DNA of 64,000 nucleotides, taken from positions 27,330,797 through 27,394,796 of the forward strand of contig NC_069002.1 in assembly GCF_001194135.2 (NCBI RefSeq). Direction: 5' to 3'. The position numbers and the translations under genes are program-made. This DNA comes from Octopus bimaculoides (lineage: Eukaryota). The stretch's first letter is position 1. Each line of letters starts with the position of its first letter. Below, in pieces: positions 1-13,680 of the stretch. The notes under the pieces were generated by a model that saw nothing but the letters and a program-made list of their open reading frames with translations, ran no database searches and was not told the origin of the DNA.

Positions 1-1157
1 ATATATATATATATGATGATCTTCTTTCAGTTTCTGTCTACCAGATCCATTCACAAGGCTTTGATCGGCTTGAAGCTTTAGTAGAAGACACTTGCCCAAG
101 GTCCCATGCAGTCGGACTGAACCTGGAACCATGTGGTTGGGAAGCAAACTTCTTACCACACAGCCACGTTTTATAGAAAAAGAATGGGGATGGAGACTCT
201 CATTGCGGGACTGGGAGAAGTGAAGCCCTTATTAAAGGGCTGAGAGAATAGGCATACATTGTAGGGCTGAGAATGCGGATTATATGACTTGAAAAGAGGG
301 CTCTGGTTACAGCATTAAGAGGAAGGGGCACACATTATAGGGTTGGAAGAAGTGGGAGCACATTGTAGGGCTGGCCCAAGGTATTGAATGCTCTGACACC
401 AGCCTGGGCTTAATATCAAAATGGAAACCTCGTTAATACAAATGTGATGAGACATTCTTTTGAGGTTAGAATTTTTCCCTGCAACATTCTTTTATATCCA
501 AAGCAATTTACATGAAGCGTTTATGAGAAAGGAAAATCAAGAAGAACAAGCTGTAGTTTAGCCCCAGGTCAGCACTGATCTAACAGACATATAATCAAAA
601 AGCATTCCAAATGTGACCACCACGTCTTTTATTTATTTATCATTGATTTTATTTTTCCAGTTTTCCAGAGACAAATATATCAGGGGTCACACCGTCCAAT
701 GTAACCTATCTTTTCCAAGATGGTAGTTTGCAATTTGAGAGAGATTTGGCTGCCATTTTTAAAACGTTGGCAGAGCACATGGTGACAGACTTGTTCTTAA
801 CTTGTATGACAGGTCGGACATGTAGGTCACAGGCCGGTTATTTGTGTACAGTAGAAAGTGGATCAAGTGAAACTTCAAATTAATTAATAGTGTCAACAAT
901 TACCTCTTCAGACTTCGATGTTTGCAAGAGATAAACATAAAATATAACAAGATAAATACAACAAATACAAGGAATTGGGTCATTGTTGCATTACTTTAAC
1001 AAGAAATTCAACTCCTGATTTCACACACCTATGTATATAGAAGCATACGTGGACGTGTAGTTAAGAGCTTTGCTTCCCAGCCATGTAGTCTTGAGTTCAG
1101 TCTCTCTGTGCAGCACTCTGGACGAATGCCTTTTACTATTATTATAGCTCTGAGTCA

Positions 1158-1804
1158 GTGGGGGCGCAATGGCCCAGTGGTTAGGGCAGCGGACTCGCAG
1201 TCATAGGATCGTGGTTTCGATTCCCAGACCAGGCGTTGTGAGTGTTTATTGAGTGAAAATACCTAAAAACTCCACGAGGCTCCGGCAGGGGATGGTGGCG
1301 AACCCTGCTGTACTCTTTCACCACAACTTTCTCTCACTCTTACTTCCTGTTTCTGTTGTGCCTGTAATTCAAAGGGTCAGCCTTGTCACACTGTGTCACG
1401 CTGAATATCCCCGAGAACTACGTTAAGGGTACACATGTCTGTGGAGTGCTCAGCCACTTGCACGTTAATTTNNNNNNNNNNAGACCAGGCGTTGTGAGTG
1501 TTTATTGAGTGAAAATACCTAAAAACTCCACGAGGCTCCGGCAGGGGATGGTGGCGAACCCTGCTGTACTCTTTCACCACAACTTTCTCTCACTCTTACT
1601 TCCTGTTTCTGTTGTGCCTGTAATTCAAAGGGTCAGCCTTGTCACACTGTGTCACGCTGAATATCCCCGAGAACTACGTTAAGGGTACACATGTCTGTGG
1701 AGTGCTCAGCCACTTGCACGTTAATTTCACGAGCAGGCTGTTCTGTTGATCGGATCAACTGGAACCCTTGATGTCGTAAGCGACGGAGTACCAACAACAA
1801 CAAC
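1158..1804 (+). mobile_element. tRNA-derived SINE, family A ((CAA)n tail), inserted in a family C SINE; contains an assembly duplication around a 10-N gap
   Basis: Head GGGGCGCAATGGCCCAGTGGTTAGGGCAGCGGACTCGC...GGTTTCGATTCCC has A and B boxes. Tail CCAACAACAACAAC. 12-bp TSD AGCTCTGAG(T/C)CA at 1146-1157 and 1805-1816. Confidence 0.85.
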
Positions 1805-2116
1805 AGCTCTGAGCCAACCAATGTCTTGTGAGTAAATTTGTGCATGTGCATATTTGTGCATATGTGTATTTGTGCATGTGTGTATGGATGTATGTGTATG
1901 TATGGATGGATGTGTGTCAAGCTAGTCTTGACCGCTACTGGTAATATGTAACCCAGTACAACCGGTTGTATGGGCAGGTCTTTGGCAACTAAACCAGCAG
2001 CCCCCACCAAGCCTGTTTGGTGGGGAGGGTGGTGTTTGGACACCTGGTGGGAATGAGAAACAAGACCTGTCAAAGGGTGGATGAACTCAGGAGAGTCTAC
2101 AATCACACATGCATGT

Positions 2117-2149
<33 letters not shown>

Positions 2150-3314
2150 CAGGTAAACATGCACACACACACATATAAACATGCACATACACACACACTC
2201 TGCATCCACACAGTTTTCTCTCAACCAAATTCCCACACAAAGTGTTGGTCAGCCTTAGGCCATAGTAGAAGACACTTGTCCAAGGTACCATGCAGCGGGA
2301 CTGAACCTGGAACCAAATGTTTGCAATACGAACTTCTTAACCTCACACCCATGCCTACATCTATTCTGAAAGTTAATAAAAGGATCAATAATTAAAAGCG
2401 TGTGATATTTTAAATTAACATTCTATGTAGGAACAGTATAATTAATTCCTTAATGAATTAATCAAGACACATCTATGTTGAATCTGAAAATTCTAATTAA
2501 CATTTGTTTAAAGTACTCTTGTTTTACTTCTGTTTCTGCTTAAAATGGATTATAAAGGTCAAGGAATTAATGTTGTTTTGCAAAGATGAAGATTACTTCA
2601 AGACTGTAGCAGATGGCAGATTGGCAGTTGCAAAACAATATAGTTCCGGAAGGAAGGCCTTACATATAATTTTGGGTGGAATCTTGGAATGGTGATATTT
2701 TAGGTGGGGTGAGTGAGCACTGTCTCCCAGAATGGGTATACTGGGCTCTGTTGAGTTTAAAGCAGTGTTTCTTAACTGGGGTCAACATGGTACTTGGGGG
2801 TCCATATAAGATTTTCTGGTAAAAACATGCAAAACATTGGTTATATTTCTACATACACAAAATATTTTAATATTTTTTTTTATTAAAACTTTTTTTTTTA
2901 CACAATTCCTATTCTTAATAAATATTTAATTATAACAAAAGAAATGTTTTCTTTTGCTTGTTTCAGTCTTTAGACTGCGACCATGCAAACAACTCTGCCA
3001 GCTCACCACCCTCAAACTCCAGCTTGACAATGGTTTCAAATTTTGGCAGAGTGCCAGCAGTTTTTGAGGGGAGGGGGAAGTCAATTATATCAACTCCAGT
3101 GCTTGACTGGCACTTGTTTTATTGTCCCTAGAAAGATGAAAGGCAAAGTCAATCTCAGTGGAATTTGAACTCTGAACATAAAGACAGATGAAATGCTGCT
3201 AAGCATTTTGCCCGGCATGCTAACAGTTCTGCCAACTTACTGACTAACATTGAAAGTCTATTTTACTATTTTTCTTCTTTATTTTAAAAATTAATTGAAA
3301 TTAAGGCAGCATAC

Positions 3315-3498
3315 TTAACCCTTTAGCACTCTAATTATTCTGCCAAATGTAATGCTTATTTAATTACATTATTTTGGATTAATCATACATTATCTCATGG
3401 CTTTGAAATTTTGATGATGTGATTGTACATTTTTAGTACAACATTGTCAAGTAGGTGTGAGAAGCCAAATATAACCAGTTTTAAATACTAAAGGGTTA
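3315..3498 (+). mobile_element. TTAA-flanked MITE family 1 (piggyBac-like termini TTAA|CCCT...AGGG|TTAA)
   Basis: TTAACCCTTTAGCA...TAAAGGGTTA. Other copies at 16331-16541(-), about 25780-25970, 37230-37822(-, tandem), 40462-40690, about 60110-60240. Confidence 0.75.
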
Positions 3499-6400
3499 TG
3501 ACAACAAGTGTTCCAGTTGATTCAATCAACCGAACAGCCTGCTTGTGAAATTAGCATGAAAATGGCTGAGCACTCCACAGACATGTGGACCCTTAATGTA
3601 GTTCTCAAGAAGATTCAACATGAAACAGAATGTGACAAGGCTGGTCCCTTTGAAATATAGGCAAGACTTATTTTTGTCAACTGAGTGGACTGGAGCAATA
3701 TGACATAAAGTGTCTTGCTCAAGGACACACCACACTGCCAGGAGTGGAACTCACAACTTTACAATCATGAGTTGAACACCCTAACCACTAAGCCACGTGC
3801 CTTCCCACTAAGCCATGCCCCTTCACTTAAACACTGGTGTATGATAAAAAAGATAAATGGAGATTAAGAGGAGAATGAAAGGCATAAAGAAACAAAAAAC
3901 AGAGAAGAGAGAAAGTAGAGAGAAGAGTTTAAAGGGAGACGTAACATGGAGGATTATTAGAAGTGGGAATTGTGGGAGAGAAAAACATGGACGATAGCAG
4001 AGAGAAGCAGGAGTTATGGGGTAAAGATACACTTGGTGTAGCATAGAGACAAGACTTATATATACAGAAACAGGAGTTGCATATACACAGAAACATATAT
4101 ACATAAATACTTTCATAAATTTTGTTTTGTTTTATTGTGGATTTGCCTGACAGACAGTGCTACAATTCTCCTCCTTATGCTCTGATTCATAGTTAATCTA
4201 TCACCATTATTTTCCTCACAATGTCTGTTACCAGTCTTTCAAATAGCCCTCATAAACATTGTCACTTATCTTGGTTTTCTCTGTCTATCACTGAACCTTA
4301 ATTCTTGAAACAAACACAGGAGGGGGCGGGGGACATCAGTGGCAAATTTGAGAGGGTGTTAAGAATGAGATATGGCAGTCATAAGATGTAGGGTGATCAG
4401 CAGAAAATAAAATGGAAAGATATGATATTGAGAATAAGGGGTGGATGCTAATAACAAATGATTCCAAGGAGAGAATGAAATAGGTTGTAGCACAAAAGGG
4501 GATGAAATATGTACAGTTTTACAACAGTTGAGTAAAGATGCGTTGCTTATTGTTAGAGTATTCAATTTATGATCGTAAGATCACGAGTTCAATTCCCAGC
4601 AGCATGTTGGGTCTTTGAGCAAAATACTTTATTTCATTTTACTCCAGTCCATTCAGTTGGCAAAAATGAGTTGTACCTGTATATCAAAGGGTTAGCCTTG
4701 TCACATTCTCTATCACATTGAATCTCCCTGAGAACTACATTAAGGGTACATGTGTCTGTGGAGTGCTCAGCCTCTTGCACATTAATTTCACAAGGAAGCT
4801 GTTCCATTGATTGGATCATCTTGGTCACTTGTCATTGTAACCAATGGAATGCCAGTATTTTTCTACAAAAGCTGAATAGTGCCATAGTTAGGAGAGTGAT
4901 GGAGAGATGTGTATTAGGAAGGCTTAACCACAATTCTGTTTTTATATACATACCACAATTTTATATTGTGTTTTTATAGTATTGAGATATGAGAGTAGAA
5001 ATAAGAGCAAACTGTTTTGAAAGAAGAAAAGTAAAAATAGCAAAGAAATACTGTGACTAATTTAAATTAAGGTGTTCCTCCTTCATATCGTGTGTGCAAA
5101 CACATGTTTTACATGTGGCAATAATGCTGTTTGTTTTCAAAAAAATCTATTATTTCCTCTGGAGCAAGCTGCTTTAATATTTCCTTAAATGAACACTTTA
5201 ATTTCACTTTATCACATTACGGCAGGAAATTACTCTGAAAGAAATCTTTGCAGAAAGGTGAGTAGATTGATTACATATTTTCTTTTGTTTCTTTCATTAT
5301 GTCATCGTAGTTTTGTGAGATTTGGCTGTTATTTCTAGCAATAATGCTGGTGTGTTTACGTCCCCCGTAACTTTGCGGTTCGGCAGGGGGAGACCGATGG
5401 AATAGGTGCTGGGCTTGCAAGGAGTGGGTCCTGGTGTCGATTTGCTCGACTAAAGGGCGGTGCTCCGACATGGCCGCGGTCAAATGACTGAAACAAGTAA
5501 AAGAGAAGACAGAATCGAAAAAAATTTTGTAAAATTTCGTAAAAATGAAAAGAAGTTATGAGGGGGTCTTAGCACATGCTTACATCATAACTCTTCNNNN
5601 NNNNNNNNNNNNNNNNNNNNNNNNNNNNNNNNNNNNNNNNNNNNNNNNNNNNNNNNNNNNNNNNNNNNNNNNNNNNNNNNNNNNNNNNNNNNNNNNNNNN
5701 NNNNNNNNNNNNNNNNNNNNNNNNNNNNNNNNNNNNNNNNNNNNNNNNNNNNNNNNNNNNNNNNNNNNNNNNNNNNNNNNNNNNNNNNNNNNNNNNNNNN
5801 NNNNNNNNNNNNNNNNNNNNNNNNNNNNNNNNNNNNNNNNNNNNNNNNNNNNNNNNNNNNNNNNNNNNNNNNNNNNNNNNNNNNNNNNNNNNNNNNNNNN
5901 NNNNNNNNNNNNNNNNNNNNNNNNNNNNNNNNNNNNNNNNNNNNNNNNNNNNNNNNNNNNNNNNNNNNNNNNNNNNNNNNNNNNNNNNNNNNNNNNNNNN
6001 NNNNNNNNNNNNNNNNNNNNNNNNNNNNNNNNNNNNNNNNNNNNNNNNNNNNNNNNNNNNNNNNNNNNNNNNNNNNNNNNNNNNNNNNNNNNNNNNNNNN
6101 NNNNNNNNNNNNNNNNNNNNNNNNNNNNNNNNNNNNNNNNNNNNNNNNNNNNNNNNNNNNNNNNNNNNNNNNNNNNNNNNNNNNNNNNNNNNNNNNNNNN
6201 NNNNNNNNNNNNNNNNNNNNNNNNNNNNNNNNNNNNNNNNNNNNNNNNNNNNNNNNNNNNNNNNNNNNNNNNNNNNNNNNNNNNNNNNNNNNNNNNNNNN
6301 NNNNNNNNNNNNNNNNNNNNNNNNNNNNNNNNNNNNNNNNNNNNNNNNNNNNNNNNNNNNNNNNNNNNNNNNNNNNNNNNNNNNNNNNNNNNNNNNNNNN

Positions 6401-6872
6401 NNNNNNNNNGGCAGGAAATTACTCTGAAAGAAATCTTTGCAGAAAGGTGAGTAGATTGATTACATATTTTCTTTTGTTTCTTTCATTATGTCATCGTAGT
6501 TTTGTGAGATTTGGCTGTTATTTCTAGCAATAATGCTGGTGTGTTTACGTCCCCCGTAACTTTGCGGTTCGGCAGGGGGAGACCGATGGAATAGGTGCTG
6601 GGCTTCCAAAGAGTGGGTCCTGGCGTCGATTTTCTCGACTAAAGGCTGAAACAAGCAAGAGTAATTGTATTTGTCCCCTCCGTGTACAGCCCTGTATGGC
6701 TAATAAAAGAATGTTATCTATCTATATATTTCCCTATCTATCTATCTGTCTGTCTATTTATCTATCTATCTTTTTATCTATCTATCCATCCATCTATATA
6801 TTTCCCTATCTCTCTCTCTCTATCTATCTATCTATCTCCCTATCTATCCATCTGTCTGTTTCTATCTATCTA

Positions 6873-6904
<32 letters not shown>

Positions 6905-8214
6905 CTATAGTTTATTTGTTGGGCAGTGAAAGTTAAGAATCTTTCTTTTCTGTCTTAATCGCTTCAGCGAAATTTGTGGTGGTGGTGGCAGAGGCGTCCG
7001 TTGTAGAAGATGACGGTGAAGCTGTGGTGGTGGTGGTGGTGGCGTTTCTCTTCTTTAAGGTCGAAGCCTTGCGACGATATCGCTGTTGTTGTTGCTGGCG
7101 GTGTTAGCGTTCACGCGTACACCTGCACCAGTTCGTGTGACATCTCTCCCCTTCTTCCCTCCTTCATGAAGCCGTGGTGAAGGGAGTGTAATGAAATCAA
7201 CGTCGCGAAGAGAGTTGCTATGGAGACCGACGTTCGTTATGAAATCGTCTGCTTGACTTTAAGACGCCGATTCTCAAAGCCAAAAAAATGGCTAAGAAAA
7301 GCCGAAAGCAATTTTACAAAAATCGGTAAATTCGCCCACACAGGGCAGATTTCCCGTGCAAACAAATTGCACAACCGAAATGTATTAGTTGTTGCACAAC
7401 TTCTACATAGAAAAATATAATCCAAAAACAACTTTTTAAGGCAATAAAAGGGGGTTAAAATAAAGCGTTTGACCCGAGCTCAAAAACGAAATAAAATTTA
7501 GTATAACAGTCGTAAAACAACTTTGCTGGGGAACGAAATAGGAGGGAAAATAAATAAATAAATATAATGCGCGCTCGCGCATCAACGGAATACACTGTCT
7601 GCAAGTCGTTGGGTACAGCATACTCTCCTCCATTTTCTTATTGCTATATAAATTTAGGGTAAAATATGGATATGGATATATATATATAAACAAATAGTAA
7701 ATGAGTATATGCATATATACGTACAGGTATGTGCATACCGACATCCACCTGTATGTATAGGTGCATATCTGGGTACAGGACATTGCAAACAAAACGTAGA
7801 CGAGAAAACACACAAGCCACATAGAGAACATTCTACTTCATCAGCTACCCCCGTTTTAACACCGGCGTTTCGAAGAGCTGGGCAGGACGCATCGTTAAAA
7901 CGGCTCTTCCCATGGACCGCAAATTAAATTTGTATACACAAATTAAATCTTGCCATGGAGGAATGTAGTGGCGGACAAAAAACAAGACAAGAAAACAAAC
8001 AGAAAAGGCTTTACGGNNNNNNNNNNNNNNNNNNNNNNNNNNNNNNNNNNNNNNNNNNNNNNNNNNNNNNNNNNNNNNNNNNNNNNNNNNNNNNNNNNNN
8101 NNNNNNNNNNNNNNNNNGTCTGCAAGTCGTTGGGTACAGCATACTCTCCTCCATTTTCTTATTGCTATATAAATTTAGGGTAAAATATGGATATGGATAT
8201 ATATATATATATTG

Positions 8215-8468
8215 TGGCACGTAAAATACACCATTTTGAGCGTGGCTGTTGCCAGTACCACCTGACTGGCCTTCGTGCCGGTGGCACGTAAAAGCACCCA
8301 CTACACTCTCTGAGTGGTTGGCGTTAGGAAGGGCATCCAGCTGTAGAAACTCTGCAAAATCAGATTGGAGCCTGGTGTAGCCATCTGGTTTCACCAGTCC
8401 TCAGTCAAATCGTCCAACCCATGCTAGCATGGAAAGCGGACGTTAAACGATGATGATGATGATGATGA
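8215..8468 (+). mobile_element. SINE/LINE-tail family B with (GAT)n tail (RTE-like 3' end); representative copy
   Basis: GGTTGGCGTTAGGAAGGGCATCCAGCTGTAGAAAC...GCATGGAAAGCGGACGTTAAACGATGATGATG. Further copies at about 9500-9715, 13700-13940, 18108-18240, 19355-19480, 20810-20965(-), 21575-21875(-), 22615-22870, 29870-30050(-), 37822-38640(-), 41635-42100(-), 47050-47215(-), 47385-47540(-), 58850-59155, 61388-61488. The RTE affinity is an inference from the GGGCATCC..GTA.AA tail motif. Confidence 0.8.
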
Positions 8469-8478
8469 TATACACACA

Positions 8479-9137
8479 CAGGCTGGCCCAAAAGTTACTG
8501 AGAGATTGCAATTTCTGATAATTCTATTATTTTTAGACATTTTTCTTTTCAGGGATTTTATGCACTAGATCCCGGAAATTAATCATGAAAAAATATGGCA
8601 CTGCACAATGTACTCAAGTGATGAAATTGTCCTATCAAAATCAGGGGTCAATTATTCAAACCCAGAGAGCATATTGCTGGCATTTTCAAGTGAGAGATGA
8701 CCCAAATGAAAATGTAATTAGGAACTTAGTTCATCGTTTCGAAAAACAAGGGGCAGTAAATGATCTCCTATGATCTGGGAGACCTTGAACTGTCAGAACC
8801 GATGAGGCAAGGGAACGAGTACAAAAGAGTATTGAACAGAATCCGGCCCAGACAGCTTGAGATTTCACAAACTTTGCTGCAAAGAGTTTTTAACCTTTTT
8901 CCATACAAGGTACATTTGGTACAACAGTTGAAGCCCCAGGACTATGAACACAGGCTCCAATATGCTGCCAGATTCCAGGAATTGGCATGAAATGATCCAA
9001 ATTTTACACAAACATTGATCATGTCTGATAAAGCTCACTTTCATTTGAATGGGTTCATCAACAGACAAAATTGCCGGTTTTGAGACTCTGAGAATCCGAG
9101 AGCACAACACCAAAGAGAATTGCATCCCATAAAGTGT
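8479..9137 (+). mobile_element. Degraded Tc1/mariner-superfamily transposon, 5' half (same HTH/DDD type as the 51.5 kb DD41D element)
   Basis: Left-end-like CAGGCTGGCCCAAAAG. Broken frames give YQNQGSIIQTQRAYCWHF..., FPYKVHLVQQLKPQDYEHRLQYA..., LIMSDKAHFHLNGFINRQNCRF (first catalytic D motif). Truncated before the second D. Confidence 0.8.
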
Positions 9138-9866
9138 GAAGCTGAAAATGGATGCTATTTAAAAGATGACTTTTTCATAATTAATGCAGTGGTAAAATGA
9201 AAGAGGACTAATGCAAATTAATCTCCATTATCTCCTCTATATTAAATTAAAATTCCAAACACTTATTTGTAAAAACAGGGGAGTTATTCAAAATTTAAAT
9301 CCCTCAGTGACTTCTAGGATACCCTGTATGTGTGTGTATGTACACACACACACAGCCTCAGGAAGCTGAACCTTTCAGGTGAGATGACAAAGGTCCAAGG
9401 TACCTGGTGCTGGCTCTACTCAAGAAGACCCATACCCCACAGCAAAGATGTTACAACTGATCCTTCTGATGATGTAAAGAACTCGTGGTGGTGCCACATA
9501 AAAGCACCCATGTGGTGCCAATAAAAGTGCCCATAGTGTCACATTAAAAGCATCTAGTACACACTAAAGTGGTTGGCATTAGGAAGGGCATCCAGCCATA
9601 GAAACCATGCCAAAACAGGCAACTGGAGTCTGGTGCAGCCCCCACCAGTTTGCCAGCTCTGGTCATGCCATCCAACCCATGCCAGCATGGACAACGGACG
9701 TTAAGTGATGATGACACACACAGAAGCAGAAGTTGTATATACACAGAAGTGCAAGTTGTGTATACACAAACACACACAAACAAATGTTGTGTAAACGTAT
9801 ACAGAAACAGTAGTGGTATGTTGCGAATCAGGGGCTGCATATATACAAAGACAGGAGTTGTGTGTG

Positions 9867-9941
<75 letters not shown>

Positions 9942-10813
9942 ACAGAAACAGCAGATGTGTATGCACAGAAACAAAGACAGTGTAGTTTAATAAAAAATTT
10001 GATAATGAAAGTTTCAAAATTAAAAAAAATGTGAATTATAAGCTCCAATTAAAGATAAGGAAATAGTATTTATCTTATAAACTGAAACTCATTAACTAAA
10101 TTCAACAGGATACAATTTCTGTCCTATCAGTTTCTAACCTGCCAGGGTTGTCAGCTACTGTTAGGTCTAAAATGAATTAATCACATTTTTAGGGAGTGTT
10201 TCTTTTAATCTGAAGATAACACTGTGTAACAAAATTTTTATTTTTTATTTGTGTTTTTATTTATTTATTTATTTATTTATTTTTTTTTGTCTTTGGTCAG
10301 TAAATGTTATTTCCTATTTGCTTTTATCTAGAAATCAAAAGAAATGACTACCATTCCCTTCAAACTTTGCTTTTGTGACCTGGACAATGTTTTGAAACTG
10401 ATCTGTTTTCCATTACATTTCAAACAGATTCAGGGCTGAGTTGCTGAAGCAGAACTATCGTTATAGCAGATATTTTGCTCAATGCCACAGACTTGCTTGT
10501 CAGCTGCTTGACCTGAACCACTTGAGCATGTCCCCTAGTGGCTGACAATATATACATTTCTGATTACGAGCAGGAGTATTAGGGGAGCATCAAAGCCATG
10601 TGTTGAGAGGAATTCTTTGGGGTTTGAATAAATGTAATAAAAGCAAAGTTTAAAGGAAATATTAGCTATTTTTCATACTTTCTGTATAGGAAACAACAGC
10701 TGCTACCCAGGGACAAAATAACAGTTGCTACCCAGGTACAAAAATCATGTTATACAGTATGATCTCAATCTGCATGAAGCACCATGCATTCCAGTTCGAC
10801 AAATAATCCTTAC

Positions 10814-10972
10814 CATTCCTCGTCCTCTTTTCTCGGCAGAAGAGACATCGGTCACTATAGCAGTTGAAAGGCTGATGTTACCTTTACTGATGCCACCAAT
10901 AATTCTTGCAATGATGAACAGGAGGAAGGTGTTGGAGATCGACCATATCAGGTGAGATATAGCGACGCCTAC
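10814..10972 (-). CDS. MFSD10: MFSD10-like coding exon 4 (159 nt)
   Basis: TTCTGCAG|VGVAISHLIWSISNTFLLFIIARIIGGISKGNISLSTAIVTDVSSAEKRGRGM|GTAAGG. RIIGGISKGNISLSTAIV is near-identical to MFSD10 (RLIGGISKGNVSLSTAIV, recalled). Phase 0/0. The next exon (AxIGxAFSxGF...GP) was not found in 1-10813. Confidence 0.95.
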
Positions 10973-11705
10973 CTGCAGAACGAGAGGCAAGAGAGAGAGA
11001 GAGAGAAATGGTTAAATCAAATTTCAATAATTTCATTATCAGACATTTAATGAACTTGATTAATTAAATTTTAAATGGTTATAGTGTTTATAAAGGTGGC
11101 ATATGCAATTGTTTTATGTGACATACAAATTCTGGTTTGAAAATTCAACAACTTTGGTTTGAGGTAGTTTTAGATTTAATATATCAAAGACTATAAAATA
11201 ATCAGATATCAGTAATGGAATCTCTATAAATGATAGTTCTGTGGTTAAGATTTACAGCTACAAGTTTATGCTTAGCCTCAGCTAATGCAACTTATCTTAG
11301 TCTATAGCAGTAACAATCCAACACTAGAATCATATGACTGTCACTTCTTAAAGTATACTATATACATATGTATAATTAATATTGATAAAGTCTACAGACT
11401 ATATAAATAAAAACATTCAGCCTGTTTGAGTATATAAAACACTCTTCTTTCAATTCCAGCCTTCTACTGAAACTTTCAATACAACTTCTCCCTGTCTCAG
11501 CATATGTTGGGAGCGGGGGGACAGAGGACATGTAATCAGTATCTATGCTTTATATAATGTACACGTGTTTCAGAAAGCCTACCATTGTAAATCATGTAAA
11601 GCACTGAAGTTATGAAGGTTGTTGTCAAACCAAGTCAGGCATAGGAATGGAGTGCATGGAACTTATTTACCTGGTAATATGTTGTCTTCCAGCACACCTT
11701 TTTGA

Positions 11706-11750
<45 letters not shown>

Positions 11751-13639
11751 ATATATATATATATGTATGTATATATATATATATATATAAACACATCTTT
11801 GATGTAAGCCTGATGAAATGCCTCTCCAATGTCTAAAACTGCAAATATTACAGGATTCTTCATTCAGAATTTTCACGTAAACTGGTGTTGCAAATGGAGA
11901 TGGTACGGAAACATTTCTAACTTATAATTAAAGATGTGTTAAAGAATTTTCTTTGTCTTCTTCTTTCCNNNNNNNNNNNNNNNNNNNNNNNNNNNNNNNN
12001 NNNNNNNNNNNNNNNNNNNNNNNNNNNNNNNNNNNNNNNNNNNNNNNNNNNNNNNNNNNNNNNNNNNNNNNNNNNNNNNNNNNNNNNNNNNNNNNNNNNN
12101 NNNNNNNNNNNNNNNNNNNNNNNNNNNNNNNNNNNNNNNNNNNNNNNNNNNNNNNNNNNNNNNNNNNNNNNNNNNNNNNNNNNNNNNNNNNNNNNNNNNN
12201 NNNNNNNNNNNNNNNNNNNNNNNNNNNNNCACGTCAACAACTGCTTGCACAACACCGCTAATACTCTCTCACCTACAAAGCTAAGTTGTCCAGAAACAAG
12301 CAAGAACAAAACCTCAGGCTTCGCAATGATGCAGGCGTTATTTCAGAATGTCTTTCTCCAAGAGAGATATCTAAACAAAGACTAGGAGTGGGGGGTCTTT
12401 CACATCCAGCTGTTGGATGGCCATTGCCTTTGATTGAGTTCATCTGTCCTTTGACAGGTTTTGTTTTTCATTTTACAGAGTGTCCAATGTAAACCACATA
12501 ACCTTACCAAGCAGGTTTGGTAAAGTTGCCAGTTTAGTCACCAACAGCTTGACCACATGACATATTGCACTGGGATACATATTACCAGTAGCACTAAGAA
12601 TGACCTCTCTCTCTCTCACACACACACACACAAACACAAATATACATACACACAAACACACATACATACACACAAACACACACACATATATAAACAAACT
12701 AATATTTGTTTTTTTATAAGCACTGAAATGTGTATTGTATGATACAAATAAGAATTTTTTTTTTCAAATGCAGAATTGCCATTAGAACAGCAGAAATACT
12801 GGGTAAATAGCCCTTACAAAGTGGGGGAAATTAGCTGTTTGTTGACAAATTTTTCCACCTGTAAGGGTAATTCACCCAGTGTTCCTGCTGTCCTAACAGC
12901 ATCTCTGCATTTGAAAAAATATCATCTTATTTGTATCATACACACACAGACACACATCTTCACTGGTGTGAATCATTGGGTCCAATGCCTTTAAGGTTTG
13001 CAGTTAATTAAGTTGTTCAGAATATATTTCAGCAATTTCTGTTTATGAAATGCATGAAGTTACCTGTTCACACAAAGGGACATAACTCAATGCACCGTTT
13101 TACATCAGTGCACACACGCACACACACACACACACAAAGTTGTGTGGTTAAGGAGGTCATTCCGCAACCATACTTTTCAGGTTCAATCCCAGCAAGTGCC
13201 ATCTACTATAGTCAGGGTTTCATTAATGCCTCGTGAATAAAACTTGAAATCTGAAATCTGTACAGAAACACAGTGTGTGTGTGTGTGTGTGTGCGTGTGT
13301 GTGTGTGTGCGCACAAGCATNNNNNNNNNNTGTGTGTGTGTGTGTGTGTGCGTGTGCGTGTGTGTGCGCACAAGCATGCATGAGTGTGTGCCTGCATGGA
13401 TGTATGTAAGTAAATGTTTGTATGTTTTCATACTGGCACAAGGCAGTGGTGGCATCTGTTTACGTTGTCTAAACACTCTTCTGTAGTTCAGCAGTTTAAT
13501 GTGAAAAGACCAACGAAGTAGAAAATACCTTACTTGGAAAACGAGAGTTAGTGACTGGAAGGGCACCCAGCTGTAGAATGCTGCCTCAAAATGTCTTGTG
13601 ACAGTATGGAAAAACCTGATGTAAAAGTGATGCAATGTT

Positions 13640-13680
<41 letters not shown>

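Noticed and set aside
5226-5257. Possible plus-strand microexon CAG|GAAATT...GAAAG|GTGAGT (duplicated at 6415-6446)
   Set aside because: The donor is strong but the pyrimidine tract is weak, the length is 32 nt, no partner exons were found and the peptide is not recognisable. It cannot be excluded without RNA data.
5545-6450. Long ORFs spanning N runs (also 11.9-12.4, 15.2-15.8, 17.2-18.2, 19.4-20.2, 43.0-43.7, 48.1-48.8, 63.2-63.8 kb)
   Set aside because: They are open only because Ns translate as X.
5221-6650. Direct duplication either side of the gap (5221-5440 versus 6410-6650); similar at 1222/1482, 7596/8118 and 13260/13331
   Set aside because: Near-identical sequence abutting N gaps is the usual signature of unmerged contig ends or split haplotypes, not a biological tandem duplication.
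1-10813. Search for MFSD10 exon 5 onward
   Set aside because: No segment encoding the expected AxIGxAFSxGFxxGP motif was found by eye; it is probably in an N gap or left of the window.
11789-11940. CTGATGA-containing segment with short inverted ends (AACACATCTTT/AAAGATGTGTT) as another hammerhead
   Set aside because: After CTGATGA the stem II needs two CpG reversions, GAAA reads TAAAA, and no stem I partner was found. Too degenerate to call.
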